From NCBI GenBank assembly GCA_001662655.1, contig KV460275.1: a stretch of 64,000 bases of DNA; one strand, given 5' to 3'. Below the pieces are notes generated by a model. It was not told where the DNA came from. It searched no databases and was given only the letters and a program-made list of their open reading frames with translations. Shown here piece after piece: positions 9,863-21,293 of this stretch. Within the stretch, counting starts at the first letter, position 1. Each line of letters starts with the position of its first letter. The position numbers and the translations under genes were made by a program. Origin of the DNA: Pseudogymnoascus verrucosus (taxonomy: Eukaryota).

Positions 9863-11890
9863 TTACTCTATAACTCTCATCCACTCGCCGCTCCAACCTC
9901 CTCCGCCACTCCTTACCCACTTCATCGTTTGTTGTGCCACTTCTCTAGATGGCAAAGGATGAGTTATAGCTTGATCATAGGACTCATTAACTGAGTTTCC
10001 CATTTTGTTACCGGTGTAGCTAGACTTTGACGTTAACACGCGGTGTGATACATCTTCCGTACCTGCGGCAAACCTCATTTCGGCGCTATTGATACCATGA
10101 CTTTCAACATCATTTATCGGTATATGATTACCCAAAGACCTCACTGGGCCGACAACAGAAGGCTCGCGAGACGCTGGGAGAGGGACTAGGTGGGCATCGA
10201 GGCCGTTACGTTCAAACGCCGGTGATGAAACCGGAGATTGTTCAACAATCACATCGCGGACACTTGGTGCCCTCGACGAAGCACGTGAACTAGCTTCATA
10301 AAGGAAGAAAGAAGGAGTAGGAAGATCAATATGAGGGGATGGCGTGTTCCGCTGGCCAAATTCCGCGGAAACTGGAGATAGGATTGGGAGACTAGGATGT
10401 GGCGTTTCCGAGGCCTCAGAGGGCGTTATAAGACCGAGTTGAGGTGGTGGCGAGGAATGGATAGCTTGAAACATTTCATCAGGGCGCTCCCAGGAACGCG
10501 GGTGCTGCGGTGTTGGCGCGAATGGATCGTTTCCGTCATGTGGGTATGGGATATTAGTGACCTCCCAGGGGGGTGGAAGATGCGGAGTTGGTGAGAACGG
10601 ATCCCTCACATCGTGCTGGATTTGAACGTCGAGGTCCGCGTCGTGTGGCGTAAGGACGACTGGAAGATTTGTCGGTATCTCCAGTGGGAGATTATGAGAA
10701 CCGTTAGCGTTGTCATCAGCATCTAGCGTCGGGACTATGATGGGAGCCTGGATGTCATCGGGGTTGATACTGCTCTCTAACTCAGCCGGCTCATCTTTGG
10801 GAACGTCCCCCTCGGCACTGTCATCAGGATCAGGGGCTGGAACTAACATATGAGATTTGATATCATCAGAGTTTAAATCGCCCTCTGATTCCAATGGCGC
10901 ATGATTCGAAGGGATTGGATCGGAACTGTCACCGGGGTCAGGCTCTGGGACGATGATAGGGGGTCTGATATTGCCGGGCTTGATGTCGCTCTCGGATCCT
11001 GGCAGCGTATTCTTGAGAAGAGCAGGCAACGGGGCCGATCTATCGTTATGGTTGCAGTCTAAATTGTCGCCAGCGTCTGGAGCGGGAACGATAGTGGGCT
11101 GGCGGATGTCATCGGGGTTTATATCGATTTCTAATTCAGGCTGCGTATCCTTCGGAGGGACTTGCAATAAATTTGGCCCAGGATCACAGCCGCCTTTGGC
11201 ATCGTTGTCAGGGCTAGGAGCTGGAACAATGATCGGAGGCTGGATATCTTCGGGGTTGTTGTCGCCATCAAACTTCAACCCCGCGGCTATAACCTCTTCT
11301 GCGTCGAAGAGCATTTCCACTTCCTCATGTTGTCTATGAGGGATTTCGCCAATATTAATATGCCCATCGTCGCCGGCGCCGTCGAGATTTAAACCTGGCA
11401 TTCCCTGGTGAGCACCAGCACAGGTCTCACCATGAGAAAGGATACCACCATCATAACCAGCAGACTGAACAGTATCATTCTCAACTGTCCCTTTCTCTGG
11501 TTCCATAATAGCAGGAGTATCCTTTGGCAACTCCCCCTTTGATATCCCACCACCATCTTTCCCCGCATCACCACCACCACCACTTGAAGCATCCCCGCCT
11601 TTCTCCACCTGTCCCCCCTCAACACCCCTCCCCTTCCGAACCCCCTTCCCCCCCAATCCCCTCAGCCCAAGCAACCGCATAACCCGCGCCCCCAAACCAG
11701 GGACATCTCTCAACGCCTTATCCCTCTGCACCTTCTCCTCCCTCATTTTCTCTTTCCTCATCTCGCGTTCCCTTCTGATCTCTTGCGTCTTTGCAGTCCG
11801 TTGTGCGGCGGCTGCGAAGAAAGCTGCTTGTGTTGGGCGCGGACCGGTGCCGCCGGTTAGGAAGAAGAGGGTTTCGTGGGGGGGAGGCAT
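9863..11890 (-). CDS. Hypothetical low-complexity Pro/Asp-rich protein with internal repeats
   Basis: 675-aa open frame with a basic N-terminus and five D-I-x-P-D-D-I-x-x-P-x-I-V-P-A-P-D-like repeats. Confidence 0.65.
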   Translation of the reverse strand: MPPPHETLFFLTGGTGPRPTQAAFFAAAAQRTAKTQEIRREREMRKEKMREEKVQRDKALRDVPGLGARVMRLLGLRGLGGKGVRKGRGVEGGQVEKGGDASSGGGGDAGKDGGGISKGELPKDTPAIMEPEKGTVENDTVQSAGYDGGILSHGETCAGAHQGMPGLNLDGAGDDGHINIGEIPHRQHEEVEMLFDAEEVIAAGLKFDGDNNPEDIQPPIIVPAPSPDNDAKGGCDPGPNLLQVPPKDTQPELEIDINPDDIRQPTIVPAPDAGDNLDCNHNDRSAPLPALLKNTLPGSESDIKPGNIRPPIIVPEPDPGDSSDPIPSNHAPLESEGDLNSDDIKSHMLVPAPDPDDSAEGDVPKDEPAELESSINPDDIQAPIIVPTLDADDNANGSHNLPLEIPTNLPVVLTPHDADLDVQIQHDVRDPFSPTPHLPPPWEVTNIPYPHDGNDPFAPTPQHPRSWERPDEMFQAIHSSPPPQLGLITPSEASETPHPSLPILSPVSAEFGQRNTPSPHIDLPTPSFFLYEASSRASSRAPSVRDVIVEQSPVSSPAFERNGLDAHLVPLPASREPSVVGPVRSLGNHIPINDVESHGINSAEMRFAAGTEDVSHRVLTSKSSYTGNKMGNSVNESYDQAITHPLPSREVAQQTMKWVRSGGGGWSGEWMRVIE

Positions 11891-12498
11891 GGTGGATGTG
11901 TGGGGATAGGAAGGAGGCTTGGTGGGATGATGGTGGGTGTGTAGTGCTGGATTTGTAGTAAAATTGTTTTGCCATGGAAGGTTTGGAGATAATTGGAGAT
12001 GTGGGTGGAAAAGCTTGAAATATATAGATACTTCAACGTGTAATCAGGTGTGAATGAGGCAGTTGGCGGTAAATATATGGTTGACAAGGAATCATACACT
12101 TGCTGCCTGGTGGCATAGGGATTCAAACAAACAGCGTTAAAGAATACGCTGTGAAAGAGACCACTCGGTGATTCACCACGGAAGCATTAACAGTATGGAA
12201 CGTGAAGTTTACTTAATACTGAAGATTCAGAGTATATCGCTGTTGTAGTCCGGGCTAATCGTGCAGATAAGAGGAATGAAGCTTTGTGCATCCTGCAGGG
12301 TCAATTGATAATGGGACACCGAGGCCGTAAATATCATCAACTAGAGTACCTATAATTTCCCTTGTGCAAAATCCAAATTTGAATACATCCTGCTCTGCTT
12401 CCAAATAAGCCGCTTCGCAATCCAACTTGCTTAACACCAACCAAATATAAACCATATATCCCAAACAGTATACAAATAAAAATAACACCAGTCAGGAC

Positions 12499-13797
12499 TC
12501 AAGAGTCAGCTCCCCACCCAGTCCTCGCCTGCCGTCCAGTCGCGATACTAACAGCAGCGCCCACCACACCTTGCAAAAACGCCGCCCCAGTGCTCTGCAC
12601 CCGCGCGTTATCATTCCCCGAAATCGCCATCTGCGACGTCTGTGCCCTGTACACCTCGTCCACCCAGCCCTGATGCTGTCCCAACACGGCACGTCTGAGG
12701 GCATCGCGCCAGCTGGCTACGAAGGCCGGTTCAGCCATGACGAGGGGCTTGGCGGTGCAGTTATTAAGGTTCTTGGCGTTGATCTTGTCGGCTTCCTCGC
12801 GGCGGTAGGGGAAGGCGGCTGTGATGCCCGTGTAGCGCTTAGTCATAAAGAAGAGGGCGGGCCAGGTGAAGAGCCAGAGGAAGGTGAGATAGGTGAACCA
12901 GCAGAGATACTTGTTCTGGCGGAGGGTATTGATGCGGTGGGGAGAGTAGATGATGATTTTTGAGTTTGTGGCGACGGCGTGGACCTTGGTGTGGCCGCGG
13001 TAGGAGGTGCTGTCAACGATACGGCGGACAAGGCCTTCGACGACGGAGGTGTCATGTAGGAGGACGGTGCGAGTGATTTCGAGAGACTTGATGGACGACT
13101 TGTCCTCGACGTAGGCTTGGCACCATGAGTGAATCATGCTCTCTCCGTCTTCGGGCTGCCAGTTGATGTCCTTGCTGTTGGCGAGGACCGTGCCGCGGTG
13201 TGCTTTCTCGCCGGCCTGTGGGGTGAGGAGGTAGCGGCATTGCGTACCGCGCTGGTCGGTGCAGTGAGAGGCGTTGGTCTTGTGAATGGGGTTCGGGCAG
13301 ATGAGCAGGTGCGTCATTGGCAACTTGATGTCGAAGTCAACGACTGTCTCTTTCTTGTTGCCTTTGTCACCACGGCCCCGGAAGGTCTCGGTGTGCGTGC
13401 CCTTGAGATATAGGGTATAAGTTGGCGGGTATGCGGCCTGTTCGGTGATAAATGTCGACAGAGTCTCGACTGAAGTAGAGAATGGGGAATATGTCGTGGA
13501 AATAGTCTTGAGGTCGCTGGAGACAGTGGATTCCGGGACGGCGGGGATAACATGGTACCTGGGTAGTTAGCATTGTGTGAGACATTGGGGTGGGGGCACG
13601 AACGAGATCTCATGCTGCGTCTGAGGGACGATATCAGGGACGTCGTGATACGAAGGGAGATGTTCTTCCTCGGGGTATTCATCCATGGTCACGGCCGAGG
13701 CCATTGAGGCCGTTTCGGCGCGGTCCGGATCATCGCGGTATGACAGCTGCGGTCCCCTGGAGGATTTTCCCGTAGGAAGCTGGATCTTGCCTCCCAT
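12499..13797 (-). CDS. Uncharacterised fungal membrane protein; exons 13797-13604 and 13558-12499
   Basis: 45-nt intron 13603-13559 (GTTCGT..CTAAC..CAG) links the N-terminal exon (MGGKIQLP..LPSY) to the long frame. One hydrophobic segment (WFTYLTFLWLFTWPALFF). C-terminus GWGADS. Confidence 0.75.
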
Positions 13798-14945
13798 ACT
13801 GACTGACTGAGGGTGATTGGGCAATGGAGTCGACTGGATGCTGGTTGTGTCTAAGCGATCAACGGTACTGGGTACGGCCGAAAGATAGCACGTCTAGAGC
13901 ATACAAGACCATGCAGAGGATGAAGACGTTGGAGAGAGTCACGGCTATGAGGATATAGGGATTGAGGGAGAGGGTAGAGAGGGAATACATGAAGAGAAGA
14001 GAACGGAGAGGAGGGAGAGAAGAGTAGGGGAAGTGAAGAAAAGTAGAGATAACCAGGATAACGAGCGTAGCGGCTGGTGCCTATGGGAATGGGGAAAAGA
14101 GGGGGGATGTGCGGGATCAATGGGGATGGTACATGGGTGGTAAGCACGAAATGCTGCGCCGCAGAAGTAGATCCCCAGTGCTTTCCGAATGGTCAAAATT
14201 GCCAAAAATGGCCAAACAAGGAAGTCGTCGCGTGGGTGTGGAGAGTTGCTATTTCTGGTCTTTCTGCCCACTGGGCTCCACGCGGCCTAGGCGGTCTAGG
14301 CTATTTTGGGTCGCCGGGTGGCGGTGAGTGGCGCTTGTCGTTTTGAGCGTTTAGCGTTTAGCGACTATTGGTTTTTAGAGGGTTTTAGGGATATTTAGGG
14401 TGGAGATAGCTTCGGGATCAAGGCAAAACAAGCTCCTCAGCAGCTCCCTTGACCCCAGCTCCCTTAATGATCCTCGTTCGTACCGTCTAAGCTCGACTAG
14501 CTTCTTTTTCCTTTCAACATATCAATTTCTCAACTTCTCCTTGTGAAACCGTCGATAACCGTTGAACCCTTAACCCTCATTCCTTTTCACCAACAGCCCT
14601 TCTCTTTCCTTCATATTGATACATATGCTACTGTGCTTCGGACATCTATTACTATATTTTCCACTTATTTACCGTGCATACCTTCCTTCCTTCGAGACAG
14701 GGGTCCCATCATACGCCAAGCGTATCCCCCCATAGCTAATGCGGGGTGGTCAGGGCACTACTGTTGGCCGTGAGAGTCACCGGAAACTCTATTTCTAAAT
14801 CTAAACTATAAGTTCGGGCCCACCCTCGATGCTTTATAGACTCGTTAATTCGTGAGCTATTCATCTCCCTACACTCGAGGTTCTAGGAGAAGCTCTGTTT
14901 TCCCGTCCAAATATTGAATTTCGCGTTGACGCGGAGCTCTAAAAC

Positions 14946-17900
14946 ATGGCACCGGCCAACATTGAAGCCTCCCTTCAGCCAGGGCTCATCCTCCGCATGA
15001 GCCCGGCTGACTTTGCCTCCCACCTTTGCGGCCTTGTTGCGAGTGCTCCCGCTGATCAAGGTGACGCAACTGTCGCTGCGATCACGAGCCAATTGCAATC
15101 CCATGTGCACAGCAACGCCATCCCGCCCATACTCTTTTCCATATGGCTTCCCATGGCCCTGGCCCATCTGCCTCAACTACTTGGGGATGTACTCGGCGAC
15201 AAGGAGTCAAGCGGCATGCGGAAAGCTGGTACGAGACAGTTGCGTCGAATACGCAGGGGCCGGAACTGGTCCGAGAACGAGTGGAAGGCCCTTGGAGGGA
15301 TTGAAGGCGTCCGGAGCCTCTTCAATAATTTATCTGTGTCAGATGTCCGTCCGCTGGTTATGGCCATTTCTGTGGGTGCGAGAACCAGAGGGGCCGCCGG
15401 AGACGAGGCAGTGGACCATATTCTGGAGGCTCTTACAGGTGGGAGTAGCGAGGTGCAGCGACTTGAGTTGAACGACATTGCGAGTCTACTTGTGTCATGC
15501 AGCACTCCCTTTGTTACTAAGTGGCTGTCGAAGGAGCCCCTGCCATCGTTCCCTCTACGTGCCCTGTTTAAATGGCTTGTGGGAAGCCGACCAGATCTAG
15601 CACGGAACATCGCGACAGGCGCCGCGAAGGTTCATCCTGAGGTCAGATCTTCCTTGGTGACGAACCCCCCAGCCGGACTTATTTGGTCGCCTGCGCCATA
15701 TAAACCAAAATACACCACTGTCGAATTATCACCAAAATCACCCCCAGGGATGCGTTTCTGTTTCGACTTGTTACATTCGTTGCGAACAGAACCGATGTCT
15801 AAAACGGGCCCTTCTGCGGAAGATATCCTCAAGTTTGTACAAATTGCCGAAAATCAGGCTATACGGCATAAGACGCCATTTGACGATATACTGTCGTTAG
15901 TCCAAGTCGGCTTGGACGTGGCTGAGCTCCAGGTTGAAAAACTAAAACTTAAACTGACTGATCCACGCCTGGTGGCATTAATATACTATTGGTCTATGGC
16001 GAAATACCCCGATTACATCCCGGATTGCTCCATCAATCACAAGAAGGGCCCTCTGTCAGCGGCATCGCATCCATCGCGGCCAAACGCCAAGCACCAGGCG
16101 GACCTAGAAACGCTCATTGTGCATATCATAAAGTCAGCTATCCCATATAGCAACGTGTATTACATGATATATGAACTCTTTGAACTACTGCCAAAGAAGT
16201 CGTTTGCGCCCTCTGCAGGACTGCCATTGCTAAAGCTTTTATATTGCCATATACCGACTGTACGGGTTGACTTGGACAGCCCGCACTTGATTGATGAAGA
16301 ATGGCGACGCATTGACTTAGATGCCGCTATTTTGACCAAGCTTCCCTCCAGCGACTCCAAATGGCTTTTTGGCCGACGACCCAATTTGCTAGACGCGGGG
16401 AGTTTGATCACATTCTACCAGAGAGGTTCGCCTTGGACAAGTGTAGATACCGATACACCCTGGTGGTTCAAGCACGGCCTGCTAAAGATTATGTGGGAAG
16501 TCGAAGACGCCCAGCCGAGAAGTGGCTTCTACGAGACTCTCAAATTTCTTGAAAAGGTTAAGACAGAAGCCGAAAAAAGCCGAGATCCAGATATCAGAGC
16601 GAGTTGGGCCCTCAGAGCCGCTGAGGTGGCTGTAAGTAGCAATAGTGTTGCCATCATGAGGGACGTGACAGTCTGGTCTAGACGTTATCAACGCGACCAT
16701 AACGTCTACCCTGTTATCACTGAGAAACTACAACACTGGTCGGCTGGCGATGTCCTATCATGTGTAACGCTTCCTCCGAACCGACGACCAGCATCTCTTT
16801 CAGAGCTCAAGGCTCTTGTTGACGAAGCAAACTCGATTCTCTCACTTCATATTGAAGCAGCCGTTCAATACCTCAGGGAGCCTAGTTTCATACCCAGCAT
16901 GTTTATCAGCTTGGACAGATTGTTACGCGAAGTTTTAGACACGCGAATAGATGGGGTGCAGACCCTCCGGAAACTAGGCTTGGGAAGCAAAAGCGAGCTT
17001 GTGTCGATTCTGATCGAATCAATGATGCCAGTATTATTGCTCTACGAAGAAACGTCCTTGGTCGATGGGAACGGACCATTGCGTTGGGATACTCCGAATG
17101 GCCCTCTACGAACGGAACCAATTTTTAGCCCTCGCCGCTTATTTGCTCTGCCGTTTCTTGACAACTTAGCCAAACGCAGAGACGAGTTATGGGCCCAGGC
17201 ACGCCTAAAGCGGAACGATCTTGTTGCAACTCTCGACAAAGGCTGGCCCAGAGGGTTGCCAATCCAATATCTGTTTCCTGAGGACCAGTGGATGGTACAG
17301 GCCCTTGCAAATCCTGAAGCAGCACCATTCGTAGCGGAGAGAGTGAGAAACGTCATATTCTGCGATGCTGAAACTGCTCTGGTACCAATCCCCCACAACA
17401 CGGAAGCCATTGGTTTGTTTGTCGACAAGCTGGATGTTGCAATACGGTCGTATGTTGGCAGCGGGTCGTCGGCTGGGGCGTTAGGACGGATTGAACGCGT
17501 CTGGGAGCACTACTCTCACGTCGTTCCTGCGGCTGCTGGGCACATTCAGTTTGTAAAATCGGTCTTAAAGGATATTGCTTCATCAGGTGGAATAGAGTGG
17601 TTGAAGGACGACGTCGTGTCTCCCCTGCCACCGTCCTTGCCTGTCTCCGAAAACAACTTCGAGGTTGACCTGGAGCCGACGGAGTGGGACCCTCGGCCCA
17701 ATGGTGGCGGCCGTGACGACAAGATTACCAAAAATAACAAAGTAGACGAAAAACCCCAAAACCTACTCCTATCTCGAGTTTCGGCTACCAAAAGTGTGCA
17801 CTACCGGTGTTCATGGTACCAGCAAGAATTCAGTAAACCAGTACACTCAACTCTGACAAAGTCAGTTGACTCAGAGCCAGGTTTCTGGAGGACATGGATC

Positions 17901-20048
17901 AAGGAGATCCATAAACTACCAATGTCGAGCAGAGATGCCCTCGTGGCATCAGCTATGTTGTATCTTGATGCATTCGTGGCTGGAAATAGTCGTCTTCTTT
18001 CCAACCAATTTCCTGCTGGTGCATTCCATCCTCGATATCCACCAATGTACCTAGACTACGAATTTCTCTCCAGTGCTGGAAAATCAAGCAACACCGAAGT
18101 GTACGTCAAGGATGCTATTATTGCTCTTCGGAAACTGAAATCGATTGTTCCACCACTGTTATTAAGAGACTTGGCAAATTCGATGCTCAACAAGCTTGTC
18201 GATATGGGGAATGATGAACATAATCATCAGCTCGAATCCGCTACGTTTAAAATTATCTCACTTCTTTCGCACTCGGATCAACCTCACCTTGCCTCTGATC
18301 TAGGCCTTAAGGTAATTGAGAAGATGCCGGATTCTTCATCATGGCACCGGAGGGTTATTTCCGTAGGACTGTGCAAGAGATTAACTTCTACGCAAGTCGA
18401 AGACATGCTGCATAAGTTTTCCCACTACATCGTCGATTCACTCAAGGGGCAGCATGCAGGCCATGAAACCGAGAACGTGGAATATAGCCAAGACCATCCT
18501 AAGCGCAAATACGCAAAAGTAACAACCATAAAATTACTGGCGGAGTTGCTTGAAAACGGAGATTTAGTCTCGAACAAGATCTCTCTGGATATCCTTCGGT
18601 CTCTATTTGTTACAAGCAATCACATCGACGTGAAGGTCGCAGCCCTCAGTGCAATTAGAGAACTACTTGGAAAAAGTGTTCGTTTGGGCCTTGAGCCAGA
18701 CCTCAGGGCCTACAAAACTTTCACTTCGTTTGCTTACGCGGCAACTGGCCCCGACGAGAGATCAGTTGTTTCAGAAGCCGAATGGCTAGCTGCGGAAAAT
18801 GGAGGCCCTCTTCCCAACTGCGACAAGAAACGGCCCCTCCTCGAGCTTTTTCTTTGGGCAAAGAGTAGAATACCCGACAAGTTCCATGAAGATTACGTGA
18901 GCAGTGTCTTGTTGAAGATTCTTGATGAATCTACGAGGCAGCATACTCGTTGGATGCGGATATTTCTTGGAAGGTTTAATCTGTCAGCTAAAGAGGCATC
19001 TTTCGCTTCCTTCGGCCCCTTCGAACAAATTTTTCATTCCCACCCCCCCGGCGTTGAGAACTATGCGGACAAATTGCTGTTAGAGTGGCCGGAGTACATT
19101 TCAAAAGATTATCTCCTTCTAAACCGGGAATTGTCATTGTCACTGGGGTACCGCGACTGCGAAAAACATGCACATATTAATAAAAAGATAACTGCCGAAG
19201 ACCCGACATTATGGGAGACGAATGCTGGTGATCATTGGAGACACTACCTCGAGACTCATACGGAGTACAGAAGTGCATTTGAACCTCTTGGCCGGCTCAT
19301 GCGACAAAATATACAACCTCGTGTCCCAGACGGGATAACCCTCGAAGATGTGGAAGAAGAATACTTTCAACGCGTTGCAATCGCAGCTAGGGACCCCCGT
19401 TGTTACAAAGACAGAGATTCCATTGTGTCCCTGGAGCCATTTGAATACGCGATTAGCCTATTGGTATCCCCTGGTGACTCGAGGCACAATTTAATTAGCA
19501 TATTAGTATCTTATGGTGACACGGGGAACATGGTAGAAAGCAAACGCCGACTTTTGGAAAGAATCGTTACTGACGTTCGGGATCTGCATACCAAAATCAG
19601 GCCGGACGAATCATCGGAGAGGCCTCCGCTTCTCCCTTCCCTGTGGAATCTCCGCTGTAAGCTCGCTATGACCTCTCCATTGATAGAGTTGGTAGAGCGC
19701 GTCAACTCTCTGTGCGAAGAATGTGCTCAATCATCATTTGCTATGGGCCAGTACCAGCAACTTGTCAACGCTGTTAGCACCATTCCGTCCGACAGCAAGA
19801 CCTTCCTCTTAGTCAAGCTAGGAGTGGCGGCACAGAATCAGCACGATACTTTTGCGGGGTGTATCAAGGCGCAATTGGTGCATCACCTTCTTCAGGGGAC
19901 CAAAACTATAACTGCACCGGATATGCGTATGGAGGTTCAAGCGCTGTTGGCGTCGTGGTTGGATAGCACGAATGATAATATCCGCAGGCTTGCTTTTGGC
20001 CAGGCGGAAAGGTTTTCTAAAGTCAAAGCAAAAATCACTTTGGCGTGA
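14946..20048 (+). CDS. Large intronless hypothetical protein (1700 aa, Leu-rich, probably alpha-helical)
   Basis: Uninterrupted 5.1-kb ORF with AAAACATGG start context. No catalytic motif recognised. Confidence 0.85.
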   Translation: MAPANIEASLQPGLILRMSPADFASHLCGLVASAPADQGDATVAAITSQLQSHVHSNAIPPILFSIWLPMALAHLPQLLGDVLGDKESSGMRKAGTRQLRRIRRGRNWSENEWKALGGIEGVRSLFNNLSVSDVRPLVMAISVGARTRGAAGDEAVDHILEALTGGSSEVQRLELNDIASLLVSCSTPFVTKWLSKEPLPSFPLRALFKWLVGSRPDLARNIATGAAKVHPEVRSSLVTNPPAGLIWSPAPYKPKYTTVELSPKSPPGMRFCFDLLHSLRTEPMSKTGPSAEDILKFVQIAENQAIRHKTPFDDILSLVQVGLDVAELQVEKLKLKLTDPRLVALIYYWSMAKYPDYIPDCSINHKKGPLSAASHPSRPNAKHQADLETLIVHIIKSAIPYSNVYYMIYELFELLPKKSFAPSAGLPLLKLLYCHIPTVRVDLDSPHLIDEEWRRIDLDAAILTKLPSSDSKWLFGRRPNLLDAGSLITFYQRGSPWTSVDTDTPWWFKHGLLKIMWEVEDAQPRSGFYETLKFLEKVKTEAEKSRDPDIRASWALRAAEVAVSSNSVAIMRDVTVWSRRYQRDHNVYPVITEKLQHWSAGDVLSCVTLPPNRRPASLSELKALVDEANSILSLHIEAAVQYLREPSFIPSMFISLDRLLREVLDTRIDGVQTLRKLGLGSKSELVSILIESMMPVLLLYEETSLVDGNGPLRWDTPNGPLRTEPIFSPRRLFALPFLDNLAKRRDELWAQARLKRNDLVATLDKGWPRGLPIQYLFPEDQWMVQALANPEAAPFVAERVRNVIFCDAETALVPIPHNTEAIGLFVDKLDVAIRSYVGSGSSAGALGRIERVWEHYSHVVPAAAGHIQFVKSVLKDIASSGGIEWLKDDVVSPLPPSLPVSENNFEVDLEPTEWDPRPNGGGRDDKITKNNKVDEKPQNLLLSRVSATKSVHYRCSWYQQEFSKPVHSTLTKSVDSEPGFWRTWIKEIHKLPMSSRDALVASAMLYLDAFVAGNSRLLSNQFPAGAFHPRYPPMYLDYEFLSSAGKSSNTEVYVKDAIIALRKLKSIVPPLLLRDLANSMLNKLVDMGNDEHNHQLESATFKIISLLSHSDQPHLASDLGLKVIEKMPDSSSWHRRVISVGLCKRLTSTQVEDMLHKFSHYIVDSLKGQHAGHETENVEYSQDHPKRKYAKVTTIKLLAELLENGDLVSNKISLDILRSLFVTSNHIDVKVAALSAIRELLGKSVRLGLEPDLRAYKTFTSFAYAATGPDERSVVSEAEWLAAENGGPLPNCDKKRPLLELFLWAKSRIPDKFHEDYVSSVLLKILDESTRQHTRWMRIFLGRFNLSAKEASFASFGPFEQIFHSHPPGVENYADKLLLEWPEYISKDYLLLNRELSLSLGYRDCEKHAHINKKITAEDPTLWETNAGDHWRHYLETHTEYRSAFEPLGRLMRQNIQPRVPDGITLEDVEEEYFQRVAIAARDPRCYKDRDSIVSLEPFEYAISLLVSPGDSRHNLISILVSYGDTGNMVESKRRLLERIVTDVRDLHTKIRPDESSERPPLLPSLWNLRCKLAMTSPLIELVERVNSLCEECAQSSFAMGQYQQLVNAVSTIPSDSKTFLLVKLGVAAQNQHDTFAGCIKAQLVHHLLQGTKTITAPDMRMEVQALLASWLDSTNDNIRRLAFGQAERFSKVKAKITLA

Positions 20049-21293
20049 AACTTGTCATCACTATCCTGATTCTGAAGACGCAGAGGAAGACTTGGAAAAT
20101 TAGAAGATGAATTCGAAGAGGGCGACAATGGCGAAAACAAGAACGAAAACGGGGAATTGTAATTTGCTGTTGTGCAAGGCGTGAAATGCACCTTTACCAA
20201 CAACACGATGGGTTGGTGAACATAATATATTTGAATGAGTATCCCAAATTAAATATACTTACAACTACATTTTATTTGAATGAGCTGCCTTGGAAATTAA
20301 GTATGGGTTTAATCTAATGTGGAAATTTACGGTGAAATCAAGAGCAAGGTGAAGCATACAAGACAGCTTCACATGAGTGCAAAGTAGGATGTATCATTTT
20401 ATTCGCTATTCCACTATATAAGAGATAAACATCTCAAAGCCATATAATCTCAAAATAACGTGTTATTAATATTTTACAAGATAAAAGGGGTCGCCCGTGT
20501 GGCTGGTTGTAGTATTTCTATTCATCCTGTCAAAATCGCTTGAGATCGACACAATGCTTCCACACCGCGGACGGCTGTGGGGAAGCTGAATATTGTGCTT
20601 TGGTGCCACTGGGGCTTTGAAGAAATAAGCCCAACGCGAGACATATATTTTAGATCGATTCGAAGAGGACGATAGCCGAGAATTCAATATAAAGGGGGGG
20701 TAGGTATGAAGCACATATTCAACCGAAAGAGAGCTGCTATTCCCAGGCAATGTCAATTGCTGCACAATTACATGACAAGAACATATAGATGGCGATTTAG
20801 TACCGTTTTTCATTATATGTACTTGTAAGCACATACTGACATTAGACTTTGTCGCCTGTATGTGGGGCCGGGTATGCACAGGGACCGCCATTCGGGCGGG
20901 TCATGCGTCCCAGAGATTTAGTTTAGTAATCTAGCCATAATACGAGGTCCAACTAAAGACGAGAGAAAGAAATTTGATCCATGGCCCTAAAGCTCGGGTA
21001 TTAGATGGGCGGGGAATAGCCTTTAGGCCGGGCATTGCCAGAGCATTGCCGACGATCTTATAACATACTTACCATTGATACTTGAAGGCAAAGAGTTGGC
21101 GGATGGAAAGGCAAGTGGCCCAGATTTATAATACATCGCCAGATCAAAATATGAATTATCCATATAATAGAAGATATATAGAAGATAAACAGGGGTCGTA
21201 CTAGATATTAAATAGACCCCAAGTAACTAACTGCACCCAACCATATCACAACTACCGCAATCCCTACCACATGCCCCACAGACTACTATAACC

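Noticed and set aside
14345..14400. TTTAGC/TTTAGGG-like runs suggesting an interstitial telomere
   Set aside because: Only a few degenerate, non-contiguous units; not a (TTAGGG)n array.
20466..20891. 141-aa minus-strand ORF
   Set aside because: No motif or splice support; composition resembles intergenic DNA.
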